Source: a bacterium
GTDB lineage: Bacteria > RBG-13-61-14 > DATKZS01
Direction of reading: 5' to 3'
DNA: 64,000 nt
NCBI GenBank assembly: GCA_963674965.2
Contig: CAXXFL010000005.1
Span: 160,001-224,000 of the forward strand
The notes below the pieces were generated by a model. It was not told where the DNA came from. It was given only the letters and a program-made list of their open reading frames with translations, and ran no database searches. The position numbers were made by a program, and so were the translations under genes. Within the stretch, counting starts at the first letter, position 1; every line of letters begins with the position of its first letter. Positions 19,039 to 29,977 of the stretch are shown here, one piece after another.

Positions 19039-19107
19039 GGGGAACGTTCGAGAGGCCGGCGCCATCGGAAAATAGTCCGGTTTTACGGCTTTGATGAGGA
19101 ATTAAAG

Positions 19108-19734
19108 ATGGATAAAGGATGCGGATGTCTGGGGTTCGCCCTGGCGGTGACGGTCGGCGTCTTCCTGGGCCTGGCCGGCCTGGGAATAGCGGGCTACGTC
19201 TGGCTGAACACCAGGGTCCTTTCGGACCAGCCGGCCAAGATAGACCGGCCCAAGTGGACCAAGATCGACGAGGGATTGTTCGCGGTCAAGCTGGCGCCCG
19301 TTTACCTGGCCATCAAGCAGGAAAAGGAAAGCCTTCACACCGTCAATATCAAGCCCAAGGAGGCCAACCGTTTATGGGACGAGTGCGTGGCGCCCTACCT
19401 CGAGGAGTCCGTGGCCGACGTGAGCTTCGGGGACACGGCGGCGGTTATAGCCTTTTCCCAGCGGGCCACTCAGGACAAGTATTTGAACGGAGAGATCAGA
19501 CTTAACGTAAGCGGTGAAAACGGAGAGTTCGAGGTCAAAATCTATTCCCTCAAGACCGGCGACTGGGTATGGCCCCGGTCCTTTCTTCCCTGGGCGGCTT
19601 ACTACCTCCGCTCCCGCGTCGAGCGCCAGCCGGACTGCGCCAACCGACCCGCCCGTCTCCTGGGCCTGTATCACGATAAAAAAGGCCTGAAGGCCACGAT
19701 CAAGGTGATGGAGAAAAGCGAGGGCGGCCGGTAG
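19108..19734 (+). CDS. Membrane-anchored hypothetical protein
   Basis: KGCGC followed by an N-terminal hydrophobic helix; GAGG SD. Confidence 0.65.
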   Translation: MDKGCGCLGFALAVTVGVFLGLAGLGIAGYVWLNTRVLSDQPAKIDRPKWTKIDEGLFAVKLAPVYLAIKQEKESLHTVNIKPKEANRLWDECVAPYLEESVADVSFGDTAAVIAFSQRATQDKYLNGEIRLNVSGENGEFEVKIYSLKTGDWVWPRSFLPWAAYYLRSRVERQPDCANRPARLLGLYHDKKGLKATIKVMEKSEGGR

Positions 19735-19806
19735 AAATTTTTTCCGCAACTCAGCCGAGACCCCCGTTTTTTAACGCAAGCCGGCCATGATATTATTTAA
19801 GAATCG

Positions 19807-20508
19807 ATGAACGGCAAAGACGAGGAATACTCGGGCCTGGCAAGATATATCGAGGCCGAGCACGGGGACCTGGAGGGATGGCTGCGGGACGTTATGGTCT
19901 GGCTTCCATCCTGTATACCCGGCCTTGCCGGCGTGGCGATCAGGTCCGTTTGGGACCGCCCGTGGATTCGGGGAAATGGAAGGTTCGCCCTCGAGGCCGG
20001 AGTCAGGATACTGGGCGCAAAGTACATACGGATCGACGGCGGGGTATACATAGACGCGGGGGCTTATCTGCACGGACGCGAGGGGGGGCTTTCCATTGGA
20101 AAAGGATCGCGTCTCATGCGGGGCGCGGTGGTGCACGTTTACAATTTCCGAAAGCTCGAGTCGGCGGGAGTTAATATAGGACAAGACTGCGTGATAGGAA
20201 TAAACTGCGTGATCACCGGACAGGGCGGAGTCGAGATCGAGGACAAGGTGATTATGGCCCCCGGCTCGATGGTCCTTCCCGTGGACCACGCGTACTCGGA
20301 CCGCGAGGTCCCCATCAAGGACCAGGGGATCGTGGGAAAAGGTATCCGCGTTAAAAGCGGGGCCTGGATAGGCGCGGGCGCCATCGTGCTGGACGGAGTG
20401 ACGGTGGGAAGAAACGCCGTGGTCGGCGCCGGGGCCGTCGTTACCGAGGACGTGGCGGACGGGGCCGTTGTAACCGGCGTGCCCGCCAGGGAAATAAAGC
20501 GCATATAA
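19807..20508 (+). CDS. Hexapeptide-repeat O-acyltransferase
   Basis: Left-handed beta-helix repeats; WIGAGAIVLDGVTVGRNAVVGAGAVVT and GVPAR motifs. Confidence 0.85.
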   Translation: MNGKDEEYSGLARYIEAEHGDLEGWLRDVMVWLPSCIPGLAGVAIRSVWDRPWIRGNGRFALEAGVRILGAKYIRIDGGVYIDAGAYLHGREGGLSIGKGSRLMRGAVVHVYNFRKLESAGVNIGQDCVIGINCVITGQGGVEIEDKVIMAPGSMVLPVDHAYSDREVPIKDQGIVGKGIRVKSGAWIGAGAIVLDGVTVGRNAVVGAGAVVTEDVADGAVVTGVPAREIKRI

Positions 20509-20521
20509 TCGAGGATTAAAA

Positions 20522-21424
20522 GTGATCGACCTTATCGAAGCGGTCCTTCAGACCATGCGGCCCAAGCAGTGGATTAAGAACCTCATTATCTTCGCGCCTT
20601 TGGCCTTTGCCCAGAAGCTCCTCGATTTTGACATGGCTATCCGCTCGATAGGCGCCTTTATCGTTTTTTGTCTGGCCAGCTCGAGCGTATATCTGGTGAA
20701 CGATATCCTGGATAAAGAGGCCGACAGCCACCATCCCGAAAAGAAAAACCGGCCCATTGCCTCGGGCCGACTGTCGGTAACGGCCGCGGCCGTCGCCGCC
20801 GCCGCCGTGCTCGCCGCGTCCCTGGCCGGGGCGCTGGCCATCGACCTGAAAATTTTGATCATCGTCGCCGCCTACATGGCGCTTAACGCGGCTTATTCGG
20901 CCTTTCTGAAGAAGATAGTTATCGTGGACGCTTTTTGCATAGCCTTTGGTTTTATCTTAAGGATGCTGGCCGGCGCCGAGGCCCTGCGCTCGATCGATCC
21001 CAATATAGTCGTTTCTACCTGGATAGTGCTTTGTACTCTCCTCGGCTCTCTTTTCCTGGCTTTTTGCAAGCGGCGCCACGAGCTGGGACTCGAGGAGGCC
21101 GCCGCCAGCCACCGGGCCTCACTGGAAGAGTACGGAATAAGGTTCCTGGACCAGATGATCGCCATCTCGACGGCCTGCACGGTCATGGCCTACGCTCTCT
21201 GGACCATGTGGCAGGAAACCATCGACAAATTCGGACACGGCCTGTTCTGGACCATTCCCTTCGTCTGCTACGGCATCTTCAGATACCTCTATCTTGTCCA
21301 TCAAAAAGACCTGGGCGGGTCCCCATCCAAGATATTCCTCTCCGACGTGCCCCTTATCGTCAACATCCTGCTCTGGATCGGATCGGTGATGGGAATACTC
21401 TATTATAAAAGCCTGGCGGGATAG
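20522..21424 (+). CDS. UbiA-family polyprenyl-phosphate phosphoribosyltransferase (DPPR synthase-like)
   Basis: MRPKQWIKN, YLVNDILD.EAD..HPEKKNRPIASG, KRRHEL, R.SLEEY and YGIFRYLYL motifs; multiple transmembrane helices. Confidence 0.85.
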   Translation: MIDLIEAVLQTMRPKQWIKNLIIFAPLAFAQKLLDFDMAIRSIGAFIVFCLASSSVYLVNDILDKEADSHHPEKKNRPIASGRLSVTAAAVAAAAVLAASLAGALAIDLKILIIVAAYMALNAAYSAFLKKIVIVDAFCIAFGFILRMLAGAEALRSIDPNIVVSTWIVLCTLLGSLFLAFCKRRHELGLEEAAASHRASLEEYGIRFLDQMIAISTACTVMAYALWTMWQETIDKFGHGLFWTIPFVCYGIFRYLYLVHQKDLGGSPSKIFLSDVPLIVNILLWIGSVMGILYYKSLAG

Positions 21425-21447
21425 AAGAACAAATACTTAAACTTGGG

Positions 21448-21783
21448 CTACCTCCCCTGGCCGTCGTGGACATGGGCGTGGTGGCAACGTTCCGATTCAG
21501 GGAGCTCTTGAGCCTCTTTAGGGCGTATGCGCGCCCTGACCCAGCGCGGTATGAATATTATGGCCGAAACGAGTCCGCCCAGTATCCCGGCCCCGGCAAG
21601 GCCGGTGGGACATCCGGGCTGGCCGCAAAAGGGGCAAACCGTTCCGCCGGACAGGGCGAATACTCCCGTCCACAGACCCAGGAACCGGGCCGCCTCCAGA
21701 AAAAACCTCGATCGAATCCTTTTAAGGCCCCCGCCCGGCGAGTCGTCATGCCCGGTTTCTTTCATTTCTTTCAAGTCGTCCAT
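21448..21783 (-). CDS. Small membrane protein with CPFCGQPGC motif
   Basis: Two hydrophobic segments flanking CPFCGQPGCP, His-rich tail. Start chosen at ATG 21783 because the upstream part of the ORF lies in the groES promoter region. Confidence 0.55.
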   Translation of the reverse strand: MDDLKEMKETGHDDSPGGGLKRIRSRFFLEAARFLGLWTGVFALSGGTVCPFCGQPGCPTGLAGAGILGGLVSAIIFIPRWVRARIRPKEAQELPESERCHHAHVHDGQGR

Positions 21784-21926
21784 TTTCTTTATAATAGGAC
21801 AGAGCGTGAGGGCGGTCAAGATAAATGCCGGAGTCAGGTACGTAGATTTTTCGCGTTGGAGTTTGGGCTGGATTAGCCTTTTTTTTTCATTATTTGCAAA
21901 CTTTGGATTTCGGTAGTATATATATT

Positions 21927-21953
21927 TTGGCACTCCATATAGCCGAGTGCCAA
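21927..21953 (+). promoter_or_regulatory. CIRCE element (HrcA operator)
   Basis: TTGGCACTC-N9-GAGTGCCAA perfect inverted repeat upstream of groES (consensus TTAGCACTC-N9-GAGTGCTAA). Confidence 0.92.
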
Positions 21954-21971
21954 TTTTTTTCGTTTTTCGCC

Positions 21972-22000
21972 TTGACAACCTTGGTCAAGGTGATTACAAA
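21972..22000 (+). promoter_or_regulatory. Putative groESL promoter
   Basis: TTGACA (21972-21977), 17 bp spacer, TACAAA (21995-22000). Confidence 0.45.
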
Positions 22001-22089
22001 ATATTCGTGGTCTAAAAAACTCTGGGGGAGATTTTTATTCGTTTTTTTGCAAAGTCGATATCTTTCAATAACTTAAGGAGGACAAAGGA

Positions 22090-22386
22090 ATGAGTGTTAA
22101 AATGCGCCCGTTGCAGGATCGTATCCTGGTGAAGCAACTGGAGGGTGAGGACAAGAGCGCGGGAGGTATAATTATTCCCGACTCGGCCAAGGAGAAGCCC
22201 TATCAGGGCGAGGTAATAGCCGTTGGCAACGGCAAGAAGCTGGAGGACGGCACGGTGCGTCCGCTTGACGTGAAGAAGGGCGACATAATCCTTTTCGAGC
22301 GTTACGCCGGCACGAACGTAAAGATCGACGGTGAGGAATACCTCATCATGCGCGAGGACGACGTACTCGCGGCGGTCGAGAAATAA
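22090..22386 (+). CDS. groES: Co-chaperonin GroES
   Basis: [31 protein letters not shown] and [11 protein letters not shown] motifs. Confidence 0.98.
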   Translation: MSVKMRPLQDRILVKQLEGEDKSAGGIIIPDSAKEKPYQGEVIAVGNGKKLEDGTVRPLDVKKGDIILFERYAGTNVKIDGEEYLIMREDDVLAAVEK

Positions 22387-22404
22387 GCCGGACCATATAA
22401 ATAA

Positions 22405-24075
<1,671 letters not shown>

Positions 24076-24096
24076 GCTTAAACCAGCTTGACCCGG

Positions 24097-24130
24097 GCGG
24101 CGGGGGACTCGATTCCCTCGCCGCTTTTTT
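24097..24130 (+). terminator. Rho-independent terminator of groESL
   Basis: GCGGCGGGGGA...TCCCTCGCCGC hairpin followed by T6. Confidence 0.8.
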
Positions 24131-24266
24131 CTCTTTCGAGGCTTGCGATCGGTCTCTTTCCCGTCCCTCTTGAATTGGCGGCCAAGCTGATACTAAAGTA
24201 AGGGATGTTCCTCATGAGTATCCGTGGTTCAAACCGGCCCTTTTTCCGACTCGCGGAAAATCCGTC

Positions 24267-25700
24267 ATGAAGCGTCCCCTCGCGTCGATCATCATCCCGG
24301 CCCGCGACGAGGAGGCCAACCTGGCCCGTTGCCTCGAGGCGATCAACGGCCAGGACACCGGCTTCGAGTACGAGGTCATCGTGGTCGACTCGGGCTCGAG
24401 GGACAAGACGGCCCAGGTCGCCGAGTCCATGGGCGCGACGGTCATCGAGATCGGGCGGGACTCCTTCCAGCACGGCCGGACCAGGCAAATGGCGGCCGAG
24501 CGCTCGAGGGGAGAATACGTGGTCTGCCTGGTGGCGGACGCGGTCCCGGCCGACTCCCGCTGGCTGGGGAAGCTGGTCGAGGCCTCGTCGGGAGAGGGCG
24601 TCGCGGGGGCCTACTCGAGGCAGGTACCCCGCGAGGGCGCCGGGCCCATCGAGGCCCACCGCCTCGAGCACCGGGGGTCCTTTCGGCTCGAGCCAAGGAT
24701 AGCCGAGATCAAGGACATGGACTTCTGGGCCATGACGCCCAAGCAAAGGCTCGATTTCTGCGAGTTCGACGACGTGTCCGCCTGCCGGAGGCGGTCGGTA
24801 ATGGACCGCTTCCCCATTCCCGAGGTTGACTGGGCGGAGGACCTGCTCTGGGCCAAGAAGGTCCTCCTGGCCGGATACAAGATAGCCTACGAGCCGGAAT
24901 CGGTGGTCAGGCATTCTCACAAGGACGACCTCGCCCACGCCTTTAAAAGAGGATACCTGGACCAGACCGTGGTGAAGGAGTTCTTCGGGCTGATCTTTTT
25001 CGACTCGGCCCGGGCCCTGGCCAAAGGATACGCCCTCATGGCGGCCGAGCGCTCCCGAGTCATCGCCGGGCGCTCGCGCGGTCCCGCCGCGAGGGCGAGA
25101 ACCACCGGAGCCGACGCGGTCCTGCTCGCCTCCCAACTCGCCGGCAACTACGCGGCCTCGCGAGACGTGAAGACCGGCCACGCGGTCCACGATCTCACCT
25201 CCATCATGTCGAAGCGGAGGGCCTCTCGAGTCTCGCGCTCGGGCTCGATCATGAAAACCCGTTTCGTCCTGGACGCCGACGGACGGCCCACGCTCTTCAT
25301 GAACCCCGACGCCCACGCCTCGGCGCGGCTGAGGATACCGGAGGGAGGAAGACTGCGGTTCGGCGCGGCCCTCAACCCGGAATGTCGCCCCCACCGAAAG
25401 GGCCCCGTAAGGTTTATCGCCGCCGTCGGGCAAGAGCCGCTGTGGGACAGATGGATCGGACCCGGCGCGAGAGGCGCGGCGCCCAAGTGGGAGGAGGCCG
25501 ACGTGGACTTATCGAAATGGGCGGGAAAAGAAGTCACTCTTTCCCTTATTACGCGGGCCAGGGACACGTCCCACGCCTGGGCCGGATGGGGGAATCCGCG
25601 CGTTATGGCCGAGCGGTTGTCCGGTATCGACCTGATCTATAACCGAGCGCTCGAGACCATCAGGGAGAAAGCCATGGGCAAGCCCCTCCGGCGCCCGTGA
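24267..25700 (+). CDS. Glycosyltransferase family 2 (rhamnosyltransferase-like) with C-terminal beta-sandwich domain
   Basis: SIIIPARDE, VVDSGSRD, F.HGRTR, YSRQ.PR, AEDLLWA and V.HSH motifs; C-terminal W...VDLSKWAGKEVTL...WAGWGNPR domain. Confidence 0.85.
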   Translation: MKRPLASIIIPARDEEANLARCLEAINGQDTGFEYEVIVVDSGSRDKTAQVAESMGATVIEIGRDSFQHGRTRQMAAERSRGEYVVCLVADAVPADSRWLGKLVEASSGEGVAGAYSRQVPREGAGPIEAHRLEHRGSFRLEPRIAEIKDMDFWAMTPKQRLDFCEFDDVSACRRRSVMDRFPIPEVDWAEDLLWAKKVLLAGYKIAYEPESVVRHSHKDDLAHAFKRGYLDQTVVKEFFGLIFFDSARALAKGYALMAAERSRVIAGRSRGPAARARTTGADAVLLASQLAGNYAASRDVKTGHAVHDLTSIMSKRRASRVSRSGSIMKTRFVLDADGRPTLFMNPDAHASARLRIPEGGRLRFGAALNPECRPHRKGPVRFIAAVGQEPLWDRWIGPGARGAAPKWEEADVDLSKWAGKEVTLSLITRARDTSHAWAGWGNPRVMAERLSGIDLIYNRALETIREKAMGKPLRRP

Positions 25701-25777
25701 ATCGCGTCCGTCCTTATAGTAAGATAATGCCCGACGCCGGGCCATAACCGGGGCTCGAAAAATCGAAGGAGGAAAAA

Positions 25778-25975
25778 ATGGCCGATTGTCCGAACAGGGA
25801 AAGGAACCTGAAAGAATGCAACTGCACTTACGAGCCTTGCGGCAGGAAGGGCATTTGCTGCGAGTGCATAGCCTACCATCGGCGGATGGGCGAGATTCCC
25901 GCTTGCCTTTTCAGCAAGGAGGGGGAGGCGACTTACGACCGTTCCATCTCCATGTTCAAGAAGAAACACATGTAG
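25778..25975 (+). CDS. Small Cys-rich protein, DUF6485-like
   Basis: [19 protein letters not shown]...E.PAC.F...E.TYDRS pattern; AGGAGG SD. Confidence 0.75.
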   Translation: MADCPNRERNLKECNCTYEPCGRKGICCECIAYHRRMGEIPACLFSKEGEATYDRSISMFKKKHM

Positions 25976-26028
25976 GTGACCATGGCGATAAATATTGTAA
26001 ATGAACGGCGGGGGGGCGGCCCGGGGAT

Positions 26029-27807
26029 TTGAAGGTCCTGTTCATATATCCCGACGTGGGGACCCTGATTCCGGCCGATTATCAGCATGGCCTGGGCGTG
26101 CTCATGGCCGTGCTGAAAAAGGCGGGACACGAGGCGGGGCTGATCTACGCCCATGACGAGTTGGAAAGAGGCGACCTTATCGGGAAAGTCCGCGCCTTCG
26201 ATCCGGGCCTCGTGGCTTTCACCTCGGTGAGCAGCCAGTTCCAGCGGGCCGCTCGCTACGCCGAGTGGATCAAGGATAGCGAGCGGGTCCCGACCGTTAT
26301 AGGGGGCGTCCACGCGACCCTGTCCCCCGAGGAGGTCATGGCCCGGCCCGGCTTCGACATGCTTTGCAGGGGAGAGGGGGAAGAGGCCCTGCTCGAGCTG
26401 GCCGACGGCCTCGAGGCGGGCCATGACGTCAGCGGCCTGGCCAACCTCTGGGTCAAGCGCGGAGGCGACGTGGTCCGGAACAAGGTCCGTCCCCTTATCC
26501 GGGACCTTGACGAGCTTCCCTTCCCCGACCGGGGACCCTTCGACTTCGAGAGGATACTCGAGGGCAAGGACGGGGCCTGCTCCATGCTCATGGGGAGAGG
26601 ATGCCCCTACGATTGCGCCTACTGCGCCAACGAGGGACTGCGGGCCCTTTACAAGGGAGGAGGCCAATACGTCCGGACCAGGTCGGTGGACTCCGTGCTC
26701 GAGGAAATGAGGTCCCTCCTCGAGCGCTACGACGTCAAAAAATGGGAGTTCAACGACGACGTGTTCACCTTGAAAAAAAACTGGATGATGGAATTCCTCG
26801 ACCGCTATCCTCGCGAGTTCAGCCTGCCCTTCGACGTGAACGTCAGGGTCGAGACGGCCGACCGGGCCTCTCTTTTCGCCCTTAAAAAGGCCGGGTGCGA
26901 GCAGATCAGGGTGGGGGTCGAGTCGGGCAGCGACCGGGTCCGGGCCGAGATCATGGGACGGCGCATGCCCCGGGAGAGCATAATCTCCGTGTTCAGGAAC
27001 GCCGAGGAGGCGGGCCTTAAAACCTGGTCCTTTAACATGGTGGGCCTGCCGGGAGAGACCGAGGAGGACGCCATGCAAACGGTGCGGCTAAACGACGAGC
27101 TCGGGCCCGACCAGATGCAGGTCAGCGTCTTCAACCCCTATCCGGGCACCCGGCTCTACGATTTATGTCTCGAGAGGGGCGTAATATCGGACGACTCGAG
27201 GGACGGTTACTTCCTGCCCGAGTCGGCCCTCAAGCTGCCCGAGTTTCATCCCGACGCCATTAAAAGAGTACACGCCGAGCTTATCCGGACCCGCGACAAG
27301 TGGCACACGAAAAAAAAGCTTTTGGCCCTGCTTGGCGGCAAGCCACCTTTCCTCGACCTGGTGGACGCCCTTGAGGACGCCCGCATACAAACTCCCGAGC
27401 CCATCTTCGTGGGTGAGGATTTCTTCTGGATCGGGCGGGACGCGAGAAGGACCCTCCGAATTCACCCGCCTTCCCGCGCGCTTTTCAAGCTCAGGCTGCC
27501 GGCCGCCCCCCAGTTCAGGTTCAGCCTGGCCATGCATCCCCAGGTCCTGGACAGGCCCGGCGGAGACGGCGTGGTCTTCACCGTCCGCGTGGGCAGGTTC
27601 GTTCGGACCATGAAGAAAGTTTTCGAGAAGACCATCGACCCCAAGCGGCGGGAAGAGGATCGGGGATGGTTGGACCAGTCGATCGATTTGGACGCCTGGG
27701 CCAAAAGGAAGGTCTACCTCGAAATATCGACGCGGACGGCCGATCCCGACTCTCCCGACCACAACACGGTGGGGCTGGGTTATCCTATTATAGTGGAGCG
27801 AGACTGA
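26029..27807 (+). CDS. Cobalamin-binding radical SAM protein (class B methyltransferase-like) with C-terminal beta-sandwich domain
   Basis: GGVHATLSPE, RGEGE, RGCPYDCAYC (CxxxCxxC), GVESGS, GLPGET and PYPGT motifs. Confidence 0.9.
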   Translation: MKVLFIYPDVGTLIPADYQHGLGVLMAVLKKAGHEAGLIYAHDELERGDLIGKVRAFDPGLVAFTSVSSQFQRAARYAEWIKDSERVPTVIGGVHATLSPEEVMARPGFDMLCRGEGEEALLELADGLEAGHDVSGLANLWVKRGGDVVRNKVRPLIRDLDELPFPDRGPFDFERILEGKDGACSMLMGRGCPYDCAYCANEGLRALYKGGGQYVRTRSVDSVLEEMRSLLERYDVKKWEFNDDVFTLKKNWMMEFLDRYPREFSLPFDVNVRVETADRASLFALKKAGCEQIRVGVESGSDRVRAEIMGRRMPRESIISVFRNAEEAGLKTWSFNMVGLPGETEEDAMQTVRLNDELGPDQMQVSVFNPYPGTRLYDLCLERGVISDDSRDGYFLPESALKLPEFHPDAIKRVHAELIRTRDKWHTKKKLLALLGGKPPFLDLVDALEDARIQTPEPIFVGEDFFWIGRDARRTLRIHPPSRALFKLRLPAAPQFRFSLAMHPQVLDRPGGDGVVFTVRVGRFVRTMKKVFEKTIDPKRREEDRGWLDQSIDLDAWAKRKVYLEISTRTADPDSPDHNTVGLGYPIIVERD

Positions 27808-28931
27808 TGTTCTCGGAAGATTCGATAAGGAACATGAAGGACTCGATCGAGTCGGGCCGGCCCGCGTCGGGTCCCACTGACCTCCAAATCCTGCCCACGG
27901 CCAGGTGCAACGCGGCCTGCGCCTTTTGTCCGCTCCAGGCTGTACCCAGCCGCCACAAGCCCCGCGTGCCCAGGTTCACCATGTACAAGGAGGACCTGCC
28001 GGGAGGAGTGCTGGACAGGCTGGCCGACGACCTCTATCATCTCGGCGGCCTGAAAAGGGTCACCATCACGGGAGGCGAGCCCCTGCTCTACGGTCTGATC
28101 ATCCCGGCCATCTTCCAGTTCACCCGCTCTTTTCCCGAGGCCCGCCTGACCATCGTGACCAACGGCCTGCGTCTTAAAAAGTTCGCGCCGATCCTGCCCC
28201 GTCTCGGTCTGCATAACCTGAGCGTCAGTCTCAACGCGGGCCGGCCCGAAAGTTACGCGTCGCAAAACCCCGGCTCCGCGCCCGAGTCCTTCGGGCAAAT
28301 TCTCGAGGGTATCGAGAGCCTGGTCAAGACCAGGAATGGACTGGAGTTAAAGGACCCCCACGTCACCCTCTCGGTCGTTCTGACCAGGCACTCGGCCGGC
28401 GACGTGAAGGAGCTTTACGAAATCGGGGCCAGGACCGGCGTAAACGCGGTCACCTTCATCCCCCTGATGCGGATCGTGATCGATGGGGACCCCTCGAACG
28501 ACGGGCTTGCACTCGGCCGGGAAGACCTGGCCAGGTTCCATGAGGAATTGGCCATGTACTCGGAGAAGGCCAAGAATGACGGCTTCTATCTTGGCTACGC
28601 CGGCGAGGAGGACGACGGCGGGGTGATCTCCGACAATGGTCTTTATAAGACCCAGCCCTGCTACGCGGGCTATTCCTTCGCCGCGGTCTACCCGAGCGGA
28701 GACGTAAGGACCTGCTGCCACTGCGAGCCGATCATGGGCAACCTCCGTCACCGCTCGTTCGGAGAAATCTGGAACTCGGAAAAATACGCGGGGCGCCGGC
28801 GCAAGATGGCCCAGATTCATAATAACGGCGGAATCATCGAGGGATGCCTGTGCTCCGAGTGCGGATACCTTTTCGAGAATAAGGAATATCATCGGCTGCT
28901 GGGAACGGCGGGAAACGATGAACGACCGTGA
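27807..28931 (+). CDS. Radical SAM protein with SPASM/twitch domain
   Basis: CNAACAFC, TGGEP, TNG, C-terminal CYAG...GDVRTCC...GNL...IWNS...C.CSEC; ATG overlaps the upstream TGA. Confidence 0.88.
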   Translation: MFSEDSIRNMKDSIESGRPASGPTDLQILPTARCNAACAFCPLQAVPSRHKPRVPRFTMYKEDLPGGVLDRLADDLYHLGGLKRVTITGGEPLLYGLIIPAIFQFTRSFPEARLTIVTNGLRLKKFAPILPRLGLHNLSVSLNAGRPESYASQNPGSAPESFGQILEGIESLVKTRNGLELKDPHVTLSVVLTRHSAGDVKELYEIGARTGVNAVTFIPLMRIVIDGDPSNDGLALGREDLARFHEELAMYSEKAKNDGFYLGYAGEEDDGGVISDNGLYKTQPCYAGYSFAAVYPSGDVRTCCHCEPIMGNLRHRSFGEIWNSEKYAGRRRKMAQIHNNGGIIEGCLCSECGYLFENKEYHRLLGTAGNDERP

Positions 28932-29976
28932 GCGGCTCCTTTTTTACTACGCGGCCGGGCGCCTCTTCCTGCCCAGGCCCCGCTATCTTTGCTTCAACTC
29001 GACCCTTCGCTGCGACGGACGCTGCGTCCACTGCGGTATCTGGAAGGACAAGTCCGGACCTGAGCGGGGCGAGATCGGCGCCGCCGAGTTGGGCCGTATC
29101 CTGGACCAGCCTTTTTTCCATCGGATCGAGACGGCCTGGATAACCGGGGGCGAGCCCACCTTGAGAGAAGATATCCCCGAGGTGGCGAAAGCCCTTACCG
29201 GCCGCCTGCCATCCCTTTCCACCCTGGGAATTGCCACGAACGGTCTCGCCCCGGCGCGGGTCCTCGGCCGGGCCCGGGGCATGATCGAGGCGGCCGGGCC
29301 TTCCCGATCCGTCTTTTTCCACGTCTCCCTCGATGGAGCGGGCGACACGCACGACCTGGCCCGGAACCGGCAAGGCGCCTTCAAGGCGGTCATGGAAACC
29401 GTGGCCGGCCTGAAGAAACTGCAAAGCGCAAAATCGGGCGCCCGCGTCGAGATAGGACTCAACTGCGTCATAAGCCCCGTCAACGTGGCTGGGCTGGACG
29501 CCCTTCACGAGCTGGCCCGCGACCTCGGCGTGCCCATCACCTTCAACCTGGCGCTGGTCACGGACCAGGTTTACCGAAACGCGGAGGCCGAGAAGGACCT
29601 TGTCCCCTCCGATAAGCAACGGCTCGAGGTGATCGAGTTCCTGGACCGGATCGCGCCCGTCAGCCCCGCGCCCTTTCAGTACCAGTACAATATTATCCAG
29701 GCCATACTGCGAGGAAGACCGAGACCGAGAAGGTGCCTCACCATGTTCAGCACGATCAATATTAACGCCGACGCCACGCTTATCCTTTGCCCGGCGGCCT
29801 CGGACTGGTTTCCCGAGGACGTGACGGGCAAGGACTTAACCAGGATATGGAACGGCCCCGCGGCCCGCGAGACGAGGAGGAGGGTCATAAGGGAGCTTTG
29901 TCCGAGTTGCCCCCTCAGCTGCTCGCTGGGCGACTCGATGCCGTTTTCCGAATGGGTCCGGGGATGGGAAGGCTGA
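28918..29976 (+). CDS. Radical SAM protein with SPASM/twitch domain
   Basis: CDGRCVHC, TGGEPTLR, TNG, SLDG...HD..R, C-terminal C...C...IWNG...CPSC...C. Confidence 0.88.
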   Translation: MNDRERLLFYYAAGRLFLPRPRYLCFNSTLRCDGRCVHCGIWKDKSGPERGEIGAAELGRILDQPFFHRIETAWITGGEPTLREDIPEVAKALTGRLPSLSTLGIATNGLAPARVLGRARGMIEAAGPSRSVFFHVSLDGAGDTHDLARNRQGAFKAVMETVAGLKKLQSAKSGARVEIGLNCVISPVNVAGLDALHELARDLGVPITFNLALVTDQVYRNAEAEKDLVPSDKQRLEVIEFLDRIAPVSPAPFQYQYNIIQAILRGRPRPRRCLTMFSTININADATLILCPAASDWFPEDVTGKDLTRIWNGPAARETRRRVIRELCPSCPLSCSLGDSMPFSEWVRGWEG

Positions 29977-29977
29977 A

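Noticed and set aside
25778-25975. Cys-rich mini-protein as a RiPP precursor for the SPASM enzymes
   Set aside because: It resembles the widespread DUF6485 metal-binding family; no RRE/PqqD domain, peptidase or transporter is seen, and the GT context favours sugar chemistry. Not fully excluded.
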